Shown: positions 19,701 through 28,821 of the stretch, piece after piece
Layout of the letters: each line of letters begins with the position of its first letter
How positions within the stretch are numbered: position 1 is the stretch's first letter
NCBI GenBank assembly: GCA_002840305.1
Contig: PHAI01000002.1
Span: 266,707 to 330,706 of the forward strand
Direction: 5' to 3'
DNA: 64,000 nucleotides
Origin: Candidatus Falkowbacteria bacterium HGW-Falkowbacteria-1
GTDB taxonomy: Bacteria; Patescibacteriota; Patescibacteriia; Patescibacteriales; UBA12465
Program-made: the position numbers and the translations under genes
Notes under the pieces: model-generated
What the model saw: only the letters and a program-made list of their open reading frames with translations
What the model was told of the DNA's origin: nothing
Database searches by the model: none

Positions 19701-19709
19701 ATTTTAACA
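19701..19709 (-). promoter_or_regulatory. Candidate extended -10 promoter for the TR RNA
   Basis: TGT-TAAAAT just downstream of the target-gene terminator. Confidence 0.45.
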
Positions 19710-19732
19710 TATTTACAAAATTTATAAAAAAA

Positions 19733-19764
19733 TAGCCTCGGCTTGCTTATGCAATCCGAGGCTA
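19733..19764 (-). terminator. Hairpin downstream of the VR (intrinsic terminator and/or DGR recognition hairpin)
   Basis: TAGCCTCGG-A-TTGC-ATAA-GCAA-G-CCGAGGCTA followed by TTTTTT on the minus strand. Confidence 0.75.
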
Positions 19765-19822
19765 AAAATCAAAGGGCTAAAGGCCAAGACCTAAAGACTC
19801 AAAGAGTCAAAAAATCAAAAGA

Positions 19823-20443
19823 CTAAGAACCCGAAACTTGCGAGAGCACAAAAGCAAACCCGCCACCACGAACCCACCTACTGCCAGAACCGCCACAGTC
19901 CGCATCCAGCCAGGAACCACTGCCATCGCGACCAGCGCTGAGCAATAAAGGATCGCCGTCAGAATCCTTAATAGGTTCGTGCATAACAACAATCCAATAT
20001 AAGCCCATAGCTTCAAGTTCTTTATCAGAGAATTTCTCCCTAAAAAGACAGGCCGCTTCGGCATTTGGTGTGGAAAGTTTGCGATTTTTAGCTTCTTTGC
20101 GGATGTTTTTAGTTATCCTATCGTTGTCGCTAAAAATCTCTCCCTTAAGGACAGCAATTTCATAAGTTACACCATTTGTTGGTTTAAAACTTTTTGAGCA
20201 TAAAATGCTCTTTGCATAATCACTGACGCGGAAGTCTTTACTTTCTAAACGTATAATCCACTGTTCGCCGGTTGCACCATCACTGGTAAGCGAAAAATAA
20301 ATTATACCATTTTCTTCACGCCATTTTTTTTCTGGCTCACTAACCAATGTTTCACCTCGTAAGAAACGAAGGGCACTTTCCATACCACCAAGTTTATTCA
20401 CAATGGCCTCAATTTGTCCTAAATTCAATTCTCCGTATTTCAT
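19823..20443 (-). CDS. DGR target protein with C-terminal variable region (probable C-type lectin-like fold)
   Basis: 206 aa; C-terminus SDGDPLLLSAGRDGSGSWLDADCGGSGSRWVRGGGFAFVLSQVS is encoded by the VR. Confidence 0.95.
   Translation of the reverse strand: MKYGELNLGQIEAIVNKLGGMESALRFLRGETLVSEPEKKWREENGIIYFSLTSDGATGEQWIIRLESKDFRVSDYAKSILCSKSFKPTNGVTYEIAVLKGEIFSDNDRITKNIRKEAKNRKLSTPNAEAACLFREKFSDKELEAMGLYWIVVMHEPIKDSDGDPLLLSAGRDGSGSWLDADCGGSGSRWVRGGGFAFVLSQVSGS
19833..19965 (-). repeat. DGR variable repeat (VR)
   Basis: 119 of 133 nt identical to the TR; 13 A>G and 1 A>T; 11 amino-acid changes. Confidence 0.97.
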
Positions 20444-20594
20444 AACAATAAGTATTTGCAGACTGTTTGTCTGTGTTTCTGCTGTCCGCAGTGGGAACTA
20501 TAACTATTATTAATTACAGCTAAAAAATAACTAAAAACATAATTATCTCTTAGCTGTAACTAATTTTTTGAGCTTTTCAAGGTACTAACTGCAT

Positions 20595-20623
20595 ATTATA
20601 TCATATTTGAAATATTTTGTCAA
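20595..20623 (-). promoter_or_regulatory. Consensus sigma70 promoter of the DGR target gene, with boxA-like motif at 20574-20585
   Basis: TTGACA-17 nt-TATAAT with TGn, then GTACCTTGAAAA. Confidence 0.8.
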
Positions 20624-20683
20624 TAGCAACAAAAAAACCAAGCTTGAAACTTGGTGAGGAATATAGTAAATTTAACAATAAAA

Positions 20684-21946
20684 TTACTCCTTTCTCAAGG
20701 CATCAACTGGATTGAGTTTAGCTGCTTTTCTGGCCGGAAATATTCCAAAAATAATACCAAAAACAATAGCAAATACAATGGAAACAATAAAAGCTTTTAA
20801 TGGTAAAACTAGTTTCCAATCAAGACCAAAATAATTAGCCCCTAAATAAATTAAAAAAGAAAAAGCTACCCCCAAGATCATCCCTAAAAAAGCACCTATA
20901 AGGGTTATGAGAACCGATTCTGTCAAAAATTGCCTCATAATATCATCAAATTTTGCGCCGACCGCCTTTCTCAGCCCTATTTCGGGTGTTCTTTCGGAAA
21001 CTATGACATACATAACATTTAAAATTCCTACACCACCCACGAGCAAGGATATGGCAACAATTAAAAGCAGTAATATCGTTAATCCATCAGTTATGGTTTT
21101 GCTGGTATCTAACATTTCTTTCATGGTGGTGACTCTAAAATCATCTTTATCGGCATCTGAAATATTGTGATTATCTCTTAAAATATCAGTCATTATTTGT
21201 GCTGTTTCTTCCGCCATATTAGGGTTTTCTACCTGATGTACCATATACATATAATAATCTGTCCCCAGTATCTTCTTTTGCAAAGTTTTTATTGGTAAAA
21301 TTATTGCATCATCAAAACTAAATCCCATATTAGCACCTTTCTTTTTTAAAACTCCAACTACCTTATATTTACTCTTTTTAATAGTAATAATTTTATTTAT
21401 AGGATCCTGATCTTTAAAAATATCTTCGGCGGCATTACTACCCAAAACAACAACTTGAGATAAAGATTTGTCATCATCATCACTAAAAAAATACCCACTG
21501 GCGATTTCCGATTTATCAATTTCTATATAACTAGCACTAACCCCAAAAAGAAATCTTCCCTTAGACTCATTAGCGTAAGAAACCGTTTCTTGCCCCAAAA
21601 CAGCACCGTAGCCATCAATTACATTAGGGATTTTTTTTAAGTCCTCCAAGTCTCTTTCTTTCATGCTGGTTATTTGGGCGCCTCCCGCAACCGCCCTGGC
21701 GCTTTCCGTTTCAGCCTGCATTCCGGTTTTAGTATTTGGCACCCTTATCTCAGTTTGAACAATATTTGTACCAAAAGATTCTATTTGACCGATAATTAAA
21801 CTTCTTATTCCTTCTCCGGCTGAAAAAACAATTACAATGCTAGCTATACCAATAAGCATGCCCAAAACAGTGAGACCAGTTCTCATCTTGTTTTTAAGCA
21901 TCAACTTCAATGATAGTTTTGCAACTTCTATTATTCTCATAAACAA
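20684..21946 (-). CDS. MacB-like ABC transporter permease
   Basis: LTVLGMLIGIASIV, VGGVGILNVM, ERTPEIGLRKAVGA, PARKAAKLNPVDALR. Confidence 0.93.
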   Translation of the reverse strand: MFMRIIEVAKLSLKLMLKNKMRTGLTVLGMLIGIASIVIVFSAGEGIRSLIIGQIESFGTNIVQTEIRVPNTKTGMQAETESARAVAGGAQITSMKERDLEDLKKIPNVIDGYGAVLGQETVSYANESKGRFLFGVSASYIEIDKSEIASGYFFSDDDDKSLSQVVVLGSNAAEDIFKDQDPINKIITIKKSKYKVVGVLKKKGANMGFSFDDAIILPIKTLQKKILGTDYYMYMVHQVENPNMAEETAQIMTDILRDNHNISDADKDDFRVTTMKEMLDTSKTITDGLTILLLLIVAISLLVGGVGILNVMYVIVSERTPEIGLRKAVGAKFDDIMRQFLTESVLITLIGAFLGMILGVAFSFLIYLGANYFGLDWKLVLPLKAFIVSIVFAIVFGIIFGIFPARKAAKLNPVDALRKE

Positions 21947-21956
21947 TAAAATCTAA

Positions 21957-23213
21957 TTACTCATAACTGAGAGCTTCAACCGGTTCTAATTTACTAGCTT
22001 TTTTGGCTGGATAAATACCAAAGATTAAACCAATCAAGGCCGAGACTGAAACTGCTAAAAATATTGAAAAAAAACTGACTTTGAAGCTCCAACTATAACC
22101 CAAATAAACAACAATGAGGGAAATAATCCAAGACAAAATAATTCCCAAAATTATACCAATTATTCCTCCTATTAAAGTTAAAAAGACTGCCTCCATTAAA
22201 AACTGTGTGGTTACGTTTTTATTTGATGCTCCTAATGCTTTTCTAAGACCAATTTCTCTAGTCCTCTCATTTACACTAATAAGCATAATATTCATAATCC
22301 CTACGCCACCAACAACAAGAGACAAGCTTGCCATCATAGCCAAAAAATAACGAAGAGCATCCGTTACCGTCCTCATTAAGTCCAAAAGTTCAGCGGCGGT
22401 TCTAACGGTAAAGTCGTCGCTGTCACCACTCTGATCACTTATACCATGACTATCTCTCAAAAAAATCTCTATTTCAGAAACAGCTTGATTAATATCAACC
22501 GATTCTTCTGTTTTAATGACCAACTTATTGAAATAATTTATAGCTAATATACTTTTTTGTACCGTTTTAGCTGGCAAAAAAATCATATCATCAACATTTT
22601 GGAAAAGAACTTGCCCTCTCTCTTCTATAACTCCAATAACCTCAAATATCCGATTTTTTAATTTAATTTTTTCTCCAATTGGATTTGTTTCTCCAAACAA
22701 TTCTTGTTTAACAGTATATCCAAGAACTACCACTTTGCTCAAATTATTGTCCTCTTCTCTGCTAAAGAATCTACCGCTTTCTAGGGAAGTCTTATTTAAA
22801 TCCAAATAAGAACTGCTAACGCCCTCCATATTAACTCCATAAGAATTTCCTCGCCAAGAAGCAATAGCAGAACTGGTAATTGAAGCAGACAAATATGAGA
22901 TACCAATTAGTTCTTGGTTACTTTCTAAAAGTTTTAGATCATTATCATCTAAAGATGTTACTACTATGCCCATGACAGATGTCGGTGGGCCACTATCATC
23001 TGACTTGCCAGGAGTAACAGCTATAAGATTGGTTCCAATGCCCTCTATCTGCCCCAGAATTAAACTCTGAGCTCCAGCACCAACAGATATTATTACAATA
23101 ACAGAAGCCACACCAATAATAATACCAAGCATAGTCAAAAAACTCCTGGCCTTATTGCTAGTCAAAGATCTTATCGATGTTTTAAATATTTGTTTTATAG
23201 AAAGAAAAATCAT
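21957..23213 (-). CDS. MacB-like ABC transporter permease (paralogue)
   Basis: RSFLTMLGIIIGV, ERTREIGLRKALGA. Confidence 0.93.
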   Translation of the reverse strand: MIFLSIKQIFKTSIRSLTSNKARSFLTMLGIIIGVASVIVIISVGAGAQSLILGQIEGIGTNLIAVTPGKSDDSGPPTSVMGIVVTSLDDNDLKLLESNQELIGISYLSASITSSAIASWRGNSYGVNMEGVSSSYLDLNKTSLESGRFFSREEDNNLSKVVVLGYTVKQELFGETNPIGEKIKLKNRIFEVIGVIEERGQVLFQNVDDMIFLPAKTVQKSILAINYFNKLVIKTEESVDINQAVSEIEIFLRDSHGISDQSGDSDDFTVRTAAELLDLMRTVTDALRYFLAMMASLSLVVGGVGIMNIMLISVNERTREIGLRKALGASNKNVTTQFLMEAVFLTLIGGIIGIILGIILSWIISLIVVYLGYSWSFKVSFFSIFLAVSVSALIGLIFGIYPAKKASKLEPVEALSYE

Positions 23214-23259
23214 AAAAGAAAAAATAAGTCATCTGTGCGGATATTAAAAGACTCAAAGA

Positions 23260-23973
23260 CTACTTCAAGGTCTCTCCGTTTGCTGCAAAACGTCTATTCT
23301 TTATATTCTCATCACTAACGATTATGCCATCTTTTATTCTAATAATTCTTTTGGCGTGTTCAGCAGTAAAAGTCTCGTGAGTTACTAAAATTATAGTATT
23401 GCCGGCATCGTTTAATTTTTGCAAAATCTCCATAACCTGAATACCAGATTTAGAATCTAAATTACCAGTTGGTTCGTCGGCGAATATAACAGAAGGCTTA
23501 TTAACCAAGGCCCTAGCAATGGCTACTCTTTGTTTTTCTCCTCCAGAAATTTGATTAGTATAATAATCAAGTCTATGACCGAGACCAACACTACGTAAAA
23601 CGTCACTCGCTCTTTCCTTCATATTTCTTTTATTATCGGAATAAGTAAGTGGTAAAATAACGTTATCCAAAACTGTTGTTTTAGGAAGTAGATTAAATGC
23701 TTGGAAAACAAAACCTATTTTTTTATTACGTAAGTCGGCCAACTTATCATCAGAAAGAGACGAAACATCCTTGTCTTCTAGTTTATAGATACCAGAGCTA
23801 GACCTATCTAAAAGCCCCAAAATATGCATCAGAGTTGATTTACCGGATCCAGACGGCCCCATAATAGAAACAAACTCTCCGAAATCAATATTAAAAGAAA
23901 CGCCATGGAGAACTTTGGTTGCTAATTCACCAGAACCATATTCTTTTTTTAAATTTTCAACCCTAATTAACAT
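23260..23973 (-). CDS. ABC transporter ATP-binding protein (LolD/MacB type)
   Basis: GPSGSGKST, ISGGEKQR, ADEPTGNLD. Confidence 0.95.
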   Translation of the reverse strand: MLIRVENLKKEYGSGELATKVLHGVSFNIDFGEFVSIMGPSGSGKSTLMHILGLLDRSSSGIYKLEDKDVSSLSDDKLADLRNKKIGFVFQAFNLLPKTTVLDNVILPLTYSDNKRNMKERASDVLRSVGLGHRLDYYTNQISGGEKQRVAIARALVNKPSVIFADEPTGNLDSKSGIQVMEILQKLNDAGNTIILVTHETFTAEHAKRIIRIKDGIIVSDENIKNRRFAANGETLK

Positions 23974-23984
23974 AATCTTGTATT

Positions 23985-25898
23985 TTAATTGCCATTTTTA
24001 ATAGCAGTAATTATTTTATCACCCTCTTTTATGTCGCCAGAAATTATTTCATACATAGCCTGGTCACCACCCATACCAACTTCAACCTCAACTTCATTAA
24101 TCTTGGAACCACTTAAAACTCTTACAATTTTTTTGCCATCATCTTTTTCTATTATAGCTCTAAAAGGAACAGAAAAGACATCATTTTTTTCATTACTAGT
24201 AATAACAACATTAGCGGTCATACCAGCCTTAACTATTAAGTTGTTTTTTATTAATTCGTCTTCAGAAAAAACAACTTTAGTTTTATAGTAAATAATGTCG
24301 GAAATGGAAGTAGCGGCCGGCTCAATAAAATATACCTTACCAGAGACTTTGTTGTCAGAATTAAAAGCATCAAAACTTATTTCTGCTTCGTTACCAATTT
24401 TTATCTTAGAAATATCTGATTCGGAAATGAATAGTTCTACTTCGAAATCATTTTCAGTAAGCAAAACCATAAAAGGAACGCTATTTAAAACCTGTTCGCC
24501 TATTTCGTAATTTATTTTAACTACTTTACCGCTAATTGGTGCTTGCAACTTATTTTCTTCTATTTGTTTGTTTATAGCATCTAACGATGAGCTCGCCTGA
24601 TCAACTTGCGCCTGAACTAATTTAAGATCCTCGCTCCTAGCTGGTGATTTTAACTTATCTAGCTGTAGTTTATAAACTTCATAAGACTTTGAAGCTGAGT
24701 CAAACTTTGAATTAGCAAGAATCAACTGCTGATTACTACTAATTTTAAGCAAGGCAAAACTATCCTCTGCCGCCGAAATAGCGTCCGACAAAGCAATCTC
24801 GGCTTTGTAAACAGCGTCTTGAGCATTAGAAAAATTAATATCCTTGTTTAATATAGAGCTGTTTAAAGCAGATAAAGAATTTAAATTGGAACTAATGGCC
24901 GCATTGACCAAGCTAGTATGCGAACTAACGGAAGACTTAAAACTATCAAGAGATGCTTGCGGAAAAGATGATGAAATTATTGAATTCTCCAAAGCATTAA
25001 AGCAACTGTTTAGAGTCTTAAAAGCTTGACTCAAAAAACTAGACATACTACTAGCGGCTTGATTAGCTAAATTTTTTTCATAACTAACCCTTAAAAGTGC
25101 CAAGTCTAATTCAAGGCCAGAAACCATAGAAACTGCTAAATCATAATTCTTGCTTGTTTCATCCTTATAATAAGAATTTTTAACACTAAAAACCTCCTTT
25201 ACATCTTCATCGTCAACAATTCTCTTCACAGCGTCCAGGGCCGACTTACCAACCGTCAAATTATAGTCCAAAGAACTAACCAAAGAATTATAAGAATTAT
25301 TTACATTCTGTAAGCCAGTTTTTTCAGTATTAGATAAATTCAATCTAGCAGAATCAACTGCCTGTTTTATAGATAGTGGGTTTTCACTATTTGAAGATTT
25401 TAAATCACTCAAATTTTTTTCAGCTTGAGACAAGTTTTCACTAACAATTTTTTCACTTTGGTCTAGGTCTTTCTTGGCCGACTCATAAGCAAGCTTAGCT
25501 TGAGAAACCTGAGCTTCTAAAATTCTAACCTCCTCTATTGAAGCCCCCTTTACAAGTTTTTCTCTATTAGCGCTAGCTATATTTAAAGAAGCTAAGACTT
25601 CATCTTTTTTGATTAATAAGGAAGAATAATCAAGTTCTGCCAATATCTGACCACTATCAACCTCATCACCTATTGAAACATTTAGATTATTTAATCTTCC
25701 TGCTTGCATAAAATTCAAGTTTAACTCCTTGCTAGCACGAACAGCCCCAACCTCACTAACAGTTTGCACTAATTTCTGTTTTTTTAAATCAATAGTTACG
25801 TATTCGGTTTTATCCTTTTTCGATAAAACAAAAAATAAAACCACTAACAAAAAAGCGGCAATAGAAAATATTATAATAATTTTTTTCCTTTTCTTCAT
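23985..25898 (-). CDS. Efflux membrane-fusion (MacA/HlyD-like) adaptor with a long coiled-coil insert
   Basis: N-terminal TM, lipoyl half-motifs (GDEVDSGQILAELD, LQAPISGKV), GMTANV. Confidence 0.88.
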   Translation of the reverse strand: MKKRKKIIIIFSIAAFLLVVLFFVLSKKDKTEYVTIDLKKQKLVQTVSEVGAVRASKELNLNFMQAGRLNNLNVSIGDEVDSGQILAELDYSSLLIKKDEVLASLNIASANREKLVKGASIEEVRILEAQVSQAKLAYESAKKDLDQSEKIVSENLSQAEKNLSDLKSSNSENPLSIKQAVDSARLNLSNTEKTGLQNVNNSYNSLVSSLDYNLTVGKSALDAVKRIVDDEDVKEVFSVKNSYYKDETSKNYDLAVSMVSGLELDLALLRVSYEKNLANQAASSMSSFLSQAFKTLNSCFNALENSIISSSFPQASLDSFKSSVSSHTSLVNAAISSNLNSLSALNSSILNKDINFSNAQDAVYKAEIALSDAISAAEDSFALLKISSNQQLILANSKFDSASKSYEVYKLQLDKLKSPARSEDLKLVQAQVDQASSSLDAINKQIEENKLQAPISGKVVKINYEIGEQVLNSVPFMVLLTENDFEVELFISESDISKIKIGNEAEISFDAFNSDNKVSGKVYFIEPAATSISDIIYYKTKVVFSEDELIKNNLIVKAGMTANVVITSNEKNDVFSVPFRAIIEKDDGKKIVRVLSGSKINEVEVEVGMGGDQAMYEIISGDIKEGDKIITAIKNGN

Positions 25899-25931
25899 AA
25901 AATATAAATAAAAAAATATAAAATATCAAAA

Positions 25932-26381
25932 CTAATCCATGATCAACAAATCTTCTGTCTCTTCATCATCTTTTTCATCATCTGCTGATAGAGATTCTCT
26001 TCTCATAACTCTCATTACCTTCCCAGAAAAAACATAAATATCAAATTCGTTTTTCATAAAATAGTAGTTGGCTCCCAATCCAACGCCCCTTGCCCTACCA
26101 TCTTCATCGCTTAAATCGGTAAAAATAAATATTTCGGCATTACTTATCTCTGAGTCAGATTTTATTCTTCTTATCAATTCTTGACCATCTATTTCTGGGA
26201 GAACCATATCTAAAATGATCGAATCTGGTTTAAACTTTCTAATTTTGCTTATCAATTCTTCAAGATCCTCCTTGGAATCACTAATATCAAGTTCAAAATC
26301 ATTGGAGGCAAAAATATCTCTCAAACCATACAAAATGTTCAAATCATCTTCAATTATAAATATTTTGTTTAAATTTTTCAT
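25932..26381 (-). CDS. Single-domain response regulator
   Basis: IIEDD, ILDMVLP, GANYYFMK receiver motifs and acidic tail; start at MKNLNK preferred. Confidence 0.85.
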   Translation of the reverse strand: MKNLNKIFIIEDDLNILYGLRDIFASNDFELDISDSKEDLEELISKIRKFKPDSIILDMVLPEIDGQELIRRIKSDSEISNAEIFIFTDLSDEDGRARGVGLGANYYFMKNEFDIYVFSGKVMRVMRRESLSADDEKDDEETEDLLIMD

Positions 26382-26459
26382 AATTTTATTCGCTTCGCCA
26401 TAACTATGTAAACACAAAATGTTTTCACATGGGCGAAGACTAAGAATTAAAAATAAAGC

Positions 26460-27443
26460 TTATTTCAATAAATTATTAATATTAAGTAGTCCATTTTGAG
26501 CACCATAAGAAGAAATAACCGAAGCTGCGTTTTTGGCTGCCAAGTTCATTGCTTTTTTATAGTCACCTTCAAACAATATAAAAAAGGCTGAAAAAGTAGA
26601 ATTAAAAGCATCTCCAACACCAGTAGTGTCAAGATGTTTTTTTTCTCTTACTACTTTCTGATGATAAAAATTTGAACCATCAAAAAAATAAGCCCCTTCC
26701 AAGCCATCGGTTATTACTAAATTTTTTGGCCCCAAACCTTTTATAAGTTTCAATAAATTATCAATATTACTCAAATATTTATTATTGTACTTTTTAAATC
26801 CTTTAGATTTCCTCACCAACTCCAAGGCTTCGTCTCTGTTCAACATTAAAATCTCAGTTTTATTAATAAACTTAGCAATTCTATCGGAACCATGAGATAT
26901 TTCTTGCAATCCAGGGTTCCAATAAACCTTTTTGTCCAAAGAAAACACCTTATTCAAGAACTTCAACCAATTTTTAGGCAAAGAAGTCAGATAAATTCTA
27001 TCGGTATTTTTTAATTTCTCAGTTTTTTTATTATCTATAGTTAGATTATCGTTAGATCCTCGATAAGTAAAAATTATTCTATCTTTTCCATTATTTAAGA
27101 CAAAAGAAAAACCTGAACCAATTTTTTTATCGATACTCAGCAAAGAATTATCAACCTTATTTTTTTTAAAATTTTCCAATATTTTAAGGCCCCTGTCATC
27201 GTCACCAAGGTTAACCATGCTTGCAACATTGAAACACAAATTAGATAAATTAACGGCCACATTAGCAGCTCCACCACCAAAAAGATTAAAAGATTTCTCG
27301 ACCTTAATCTTGGCCCCCTGTTCAAAAGCTAAAAGTTCTTGCTTCAAAAGGTCTTTTTTGTTTTTTAAAAGCACCCCATCTTTTGTATAGAAAACAATGT
27401 CTTCGGTCGCACCACCAATTGTAATAAAATCAAATTTTTTCAT
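26460..27443 (-). CDS. PfkB family carbohydrate kinase
   Basis: GGGAANVA, NRDEA, DTTGVGDAF. Confidence 0.92.
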   Translation of the reverse strand: MKKFDFITIGGATEDIVFYTKDGVLLKNKKDLLKQELLAFEQGAKIKVEKSFNLFGGGAANVAVNLSNLCFNVASMVNLGDDDRGLKILENFKKNKVDNSLLSIDKKIGSGFSFVLNNGKDRIIFTYRGSNDNLTIDNKKTEKLKNTDRIYLTSLPKNWLKFLNKVFSLDKKVYWNPGLQEISHGSDRIAKFINKTEILMLNRDEALELVRKSKGFKKYNNKYLSNIDNLLKLIKGLGPKNLVITDGLEGAYFFDGSNFYHQKVVREKKHLDTTGVGDAFNSTFSAFFILFEGDYKKAMNLAAKNAASVISSYGAQNGLLNINNLLK

Positions 27444-27471
27444 AAATTTACTATAATTATAGCATAAAAAC

Positions 27472-27999
27472 CTATTTTAACAAAATAAATTTTTTATTTT
27501 TTTCGTTCTCAAGACCTAAAAAATAAAAAGAAAAAATTATGGCTAATAAAATAAAAATTAATTCCTTTAAAAAATTTAAAAATAAAAATCCATTGAACCA
27601 AGCAATGCCTTCTATTTTATCAGCAAACAAATATAAAATTAAATAAAGAAACAAATAATAAAAAAAACTAAAAAAGAATCCAATCGCTGCAAAAGAGTAA
27701 ATCGATCTGTTGGTAAAAAGATTAAGCAACAAGAAATTAACAATAAATATTGTAACCAAAATTACCAAAGAATAAATACCGAAAGGATAAAAAGAAAAAA
27801 TATCAAACAAAAAACCAACAAAAAAACCAATTAACAAACAAAAACGAAAATCATATATAATAAAAACATATATCAAGAAGAATAGAACAATATTAAAACT
27901 GGCGAAAAAATTATCCAAACCATTTATAAAAGATATTTGAAAAACAAAAAAAACCAAAGCCAAAAAAAATAATTTAAATATTTTCCAGAATTTCAACAT
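27472..27999 (-). CDS. mreD: Rod shape-determining protein MreD
   Basis: Very hydrophobic, GFLFDIFS motif, follows mreC. Confidence 0.75.
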   Translation of the reverse strand: MLKFWKIFKLFFLALVFFVFQISFINGLDNFFASFNIVLFFLIYVFIIYDFRFCLLIGFFVGFLFDIFSFYPFGIYSLVILVTIFIVNFLLLNLFTNRSIYSFAAIGFFFSFFYYLFLYLILYLFADKIEGIAWFNGFLFLNFLKELIFILLAIIFSFYFLGLENEKNKKFILLK

Positions 28000-28002
28000 A
28001 TT

Positions 28003-28809
28003 TTAATCAGGCAAAATTATAGCCACTTCATTTAAATTTTTTAAGTCAAAAAAAGGTTCAACCACAATATCCTGCCAAATGTCATTTTCTTTTTTTTCAA
28101 TATTCACAACCTGCCCGACATATAGCCCTTTTGGAATATTTTTTTCTAAACCAGAAGTAAAGACGATATTACCAACCTCAACATCTTCGTTTTGAGCCAC
28201 AAAACTAAGAACTACCGATAAACCCAAATCGCCCTCTGCCAGACCAGAGCTATTACCATTATTATTCAAAGCTACTGCAAATTTGCAAAAACTATTATTA
28301 GATAAACATATCTTGGAATAATTTTGCTCGACTTCGATCACCTTCCCAACCAAAATGCCAAACTCATTCACAACGGCTAAGCCAGGTATTACCCCGTCTG
28401 CCTCACCCTTGTTTATAACTAAATTTTGGTTAGTACTGGAAAAATTTAATAAATTATCCTGCCAAACAATATCGGCCAAAAGATGATTATTGAAATTATT
28501 ATCTTCAAAAAAATTAAAAAAATTTCTTAATTGTTCATTTTCTTTCTTTAAAGAACTAAGCAAGGACAAGTCTGCTTTTTCCTGAGAAAGCGCAGACTCT
28601 AGCTCTTCTATCTTTTCGAGTAAAACTGTTTTGCTTTGATTTTTAGATAAAGTTTCGCCAGACTTCTTTCTAATCCTTGTAGTAAAAAAGTTGAAACCAT
28701 CACCGATAGCTTTGTTTATCGGATTAAGGAAACCAATAAAATTTAAAAAAATAAGCAGCCCAAACACTGCCAAAATTATTTTATATATTTTTTTATCTTG
28801 CTTAATCAT
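28003..28809 (-). CDS. mreC: Rod shape-determining protein MreC
   Basis: LKKENEQLR coiled coil, INKGEADGV, TSGL...PKGLYVG. Confidence 0.92.
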   Translation of the reverse strand: MIKQDKKIYKIILAVFGLLIFLNFIGFLNPINKAIGDGFNFFTTRIRKKSGETLSKNQSKTVLLEKIEELESALSQEKADLSLLSSLKKENEQLRNFFNFFEDNNFNNHLLADIVWQDNLLNFSSTNQNLVINKGEADGVIPGLAVVNEFGILVGKVIEVEQNYSKICLSNNSFCKFAVALNNNGNSSGLAEGDLGLSVVLSFVAQNEDVEVGNIVFTSGLEKNIPKGLYVGQVVNIEKKENDIWQDIVVEPFFDLKNLNEVAIILPD

Positions 28810-28821
28810 AAAAACTAAAAC

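Larger units (their letters stand above)
17928..20623. mobile_element. Diversity-generating retroelement cassette (target gene, VR, TR, avd, RT)
   Basis: RT, Avd-like protein and a TR/VR pair differing only at adenines, all within 2.7 kb. Confidence 0.97.

Noticed and set aside
19456..20064. ORFs 19456..19671 (+) and 19807..20064 (-)
   Set aside because: Shadow frames over the TR leader and the target gene.
23247..23262. aaagactcaaagacta after the ABC ATPase stop matches part of the post-VR ladder
   Set aside because: The match is only about 13 nt and the ATPase 3' end has no TR similarity, so it is not a second target.
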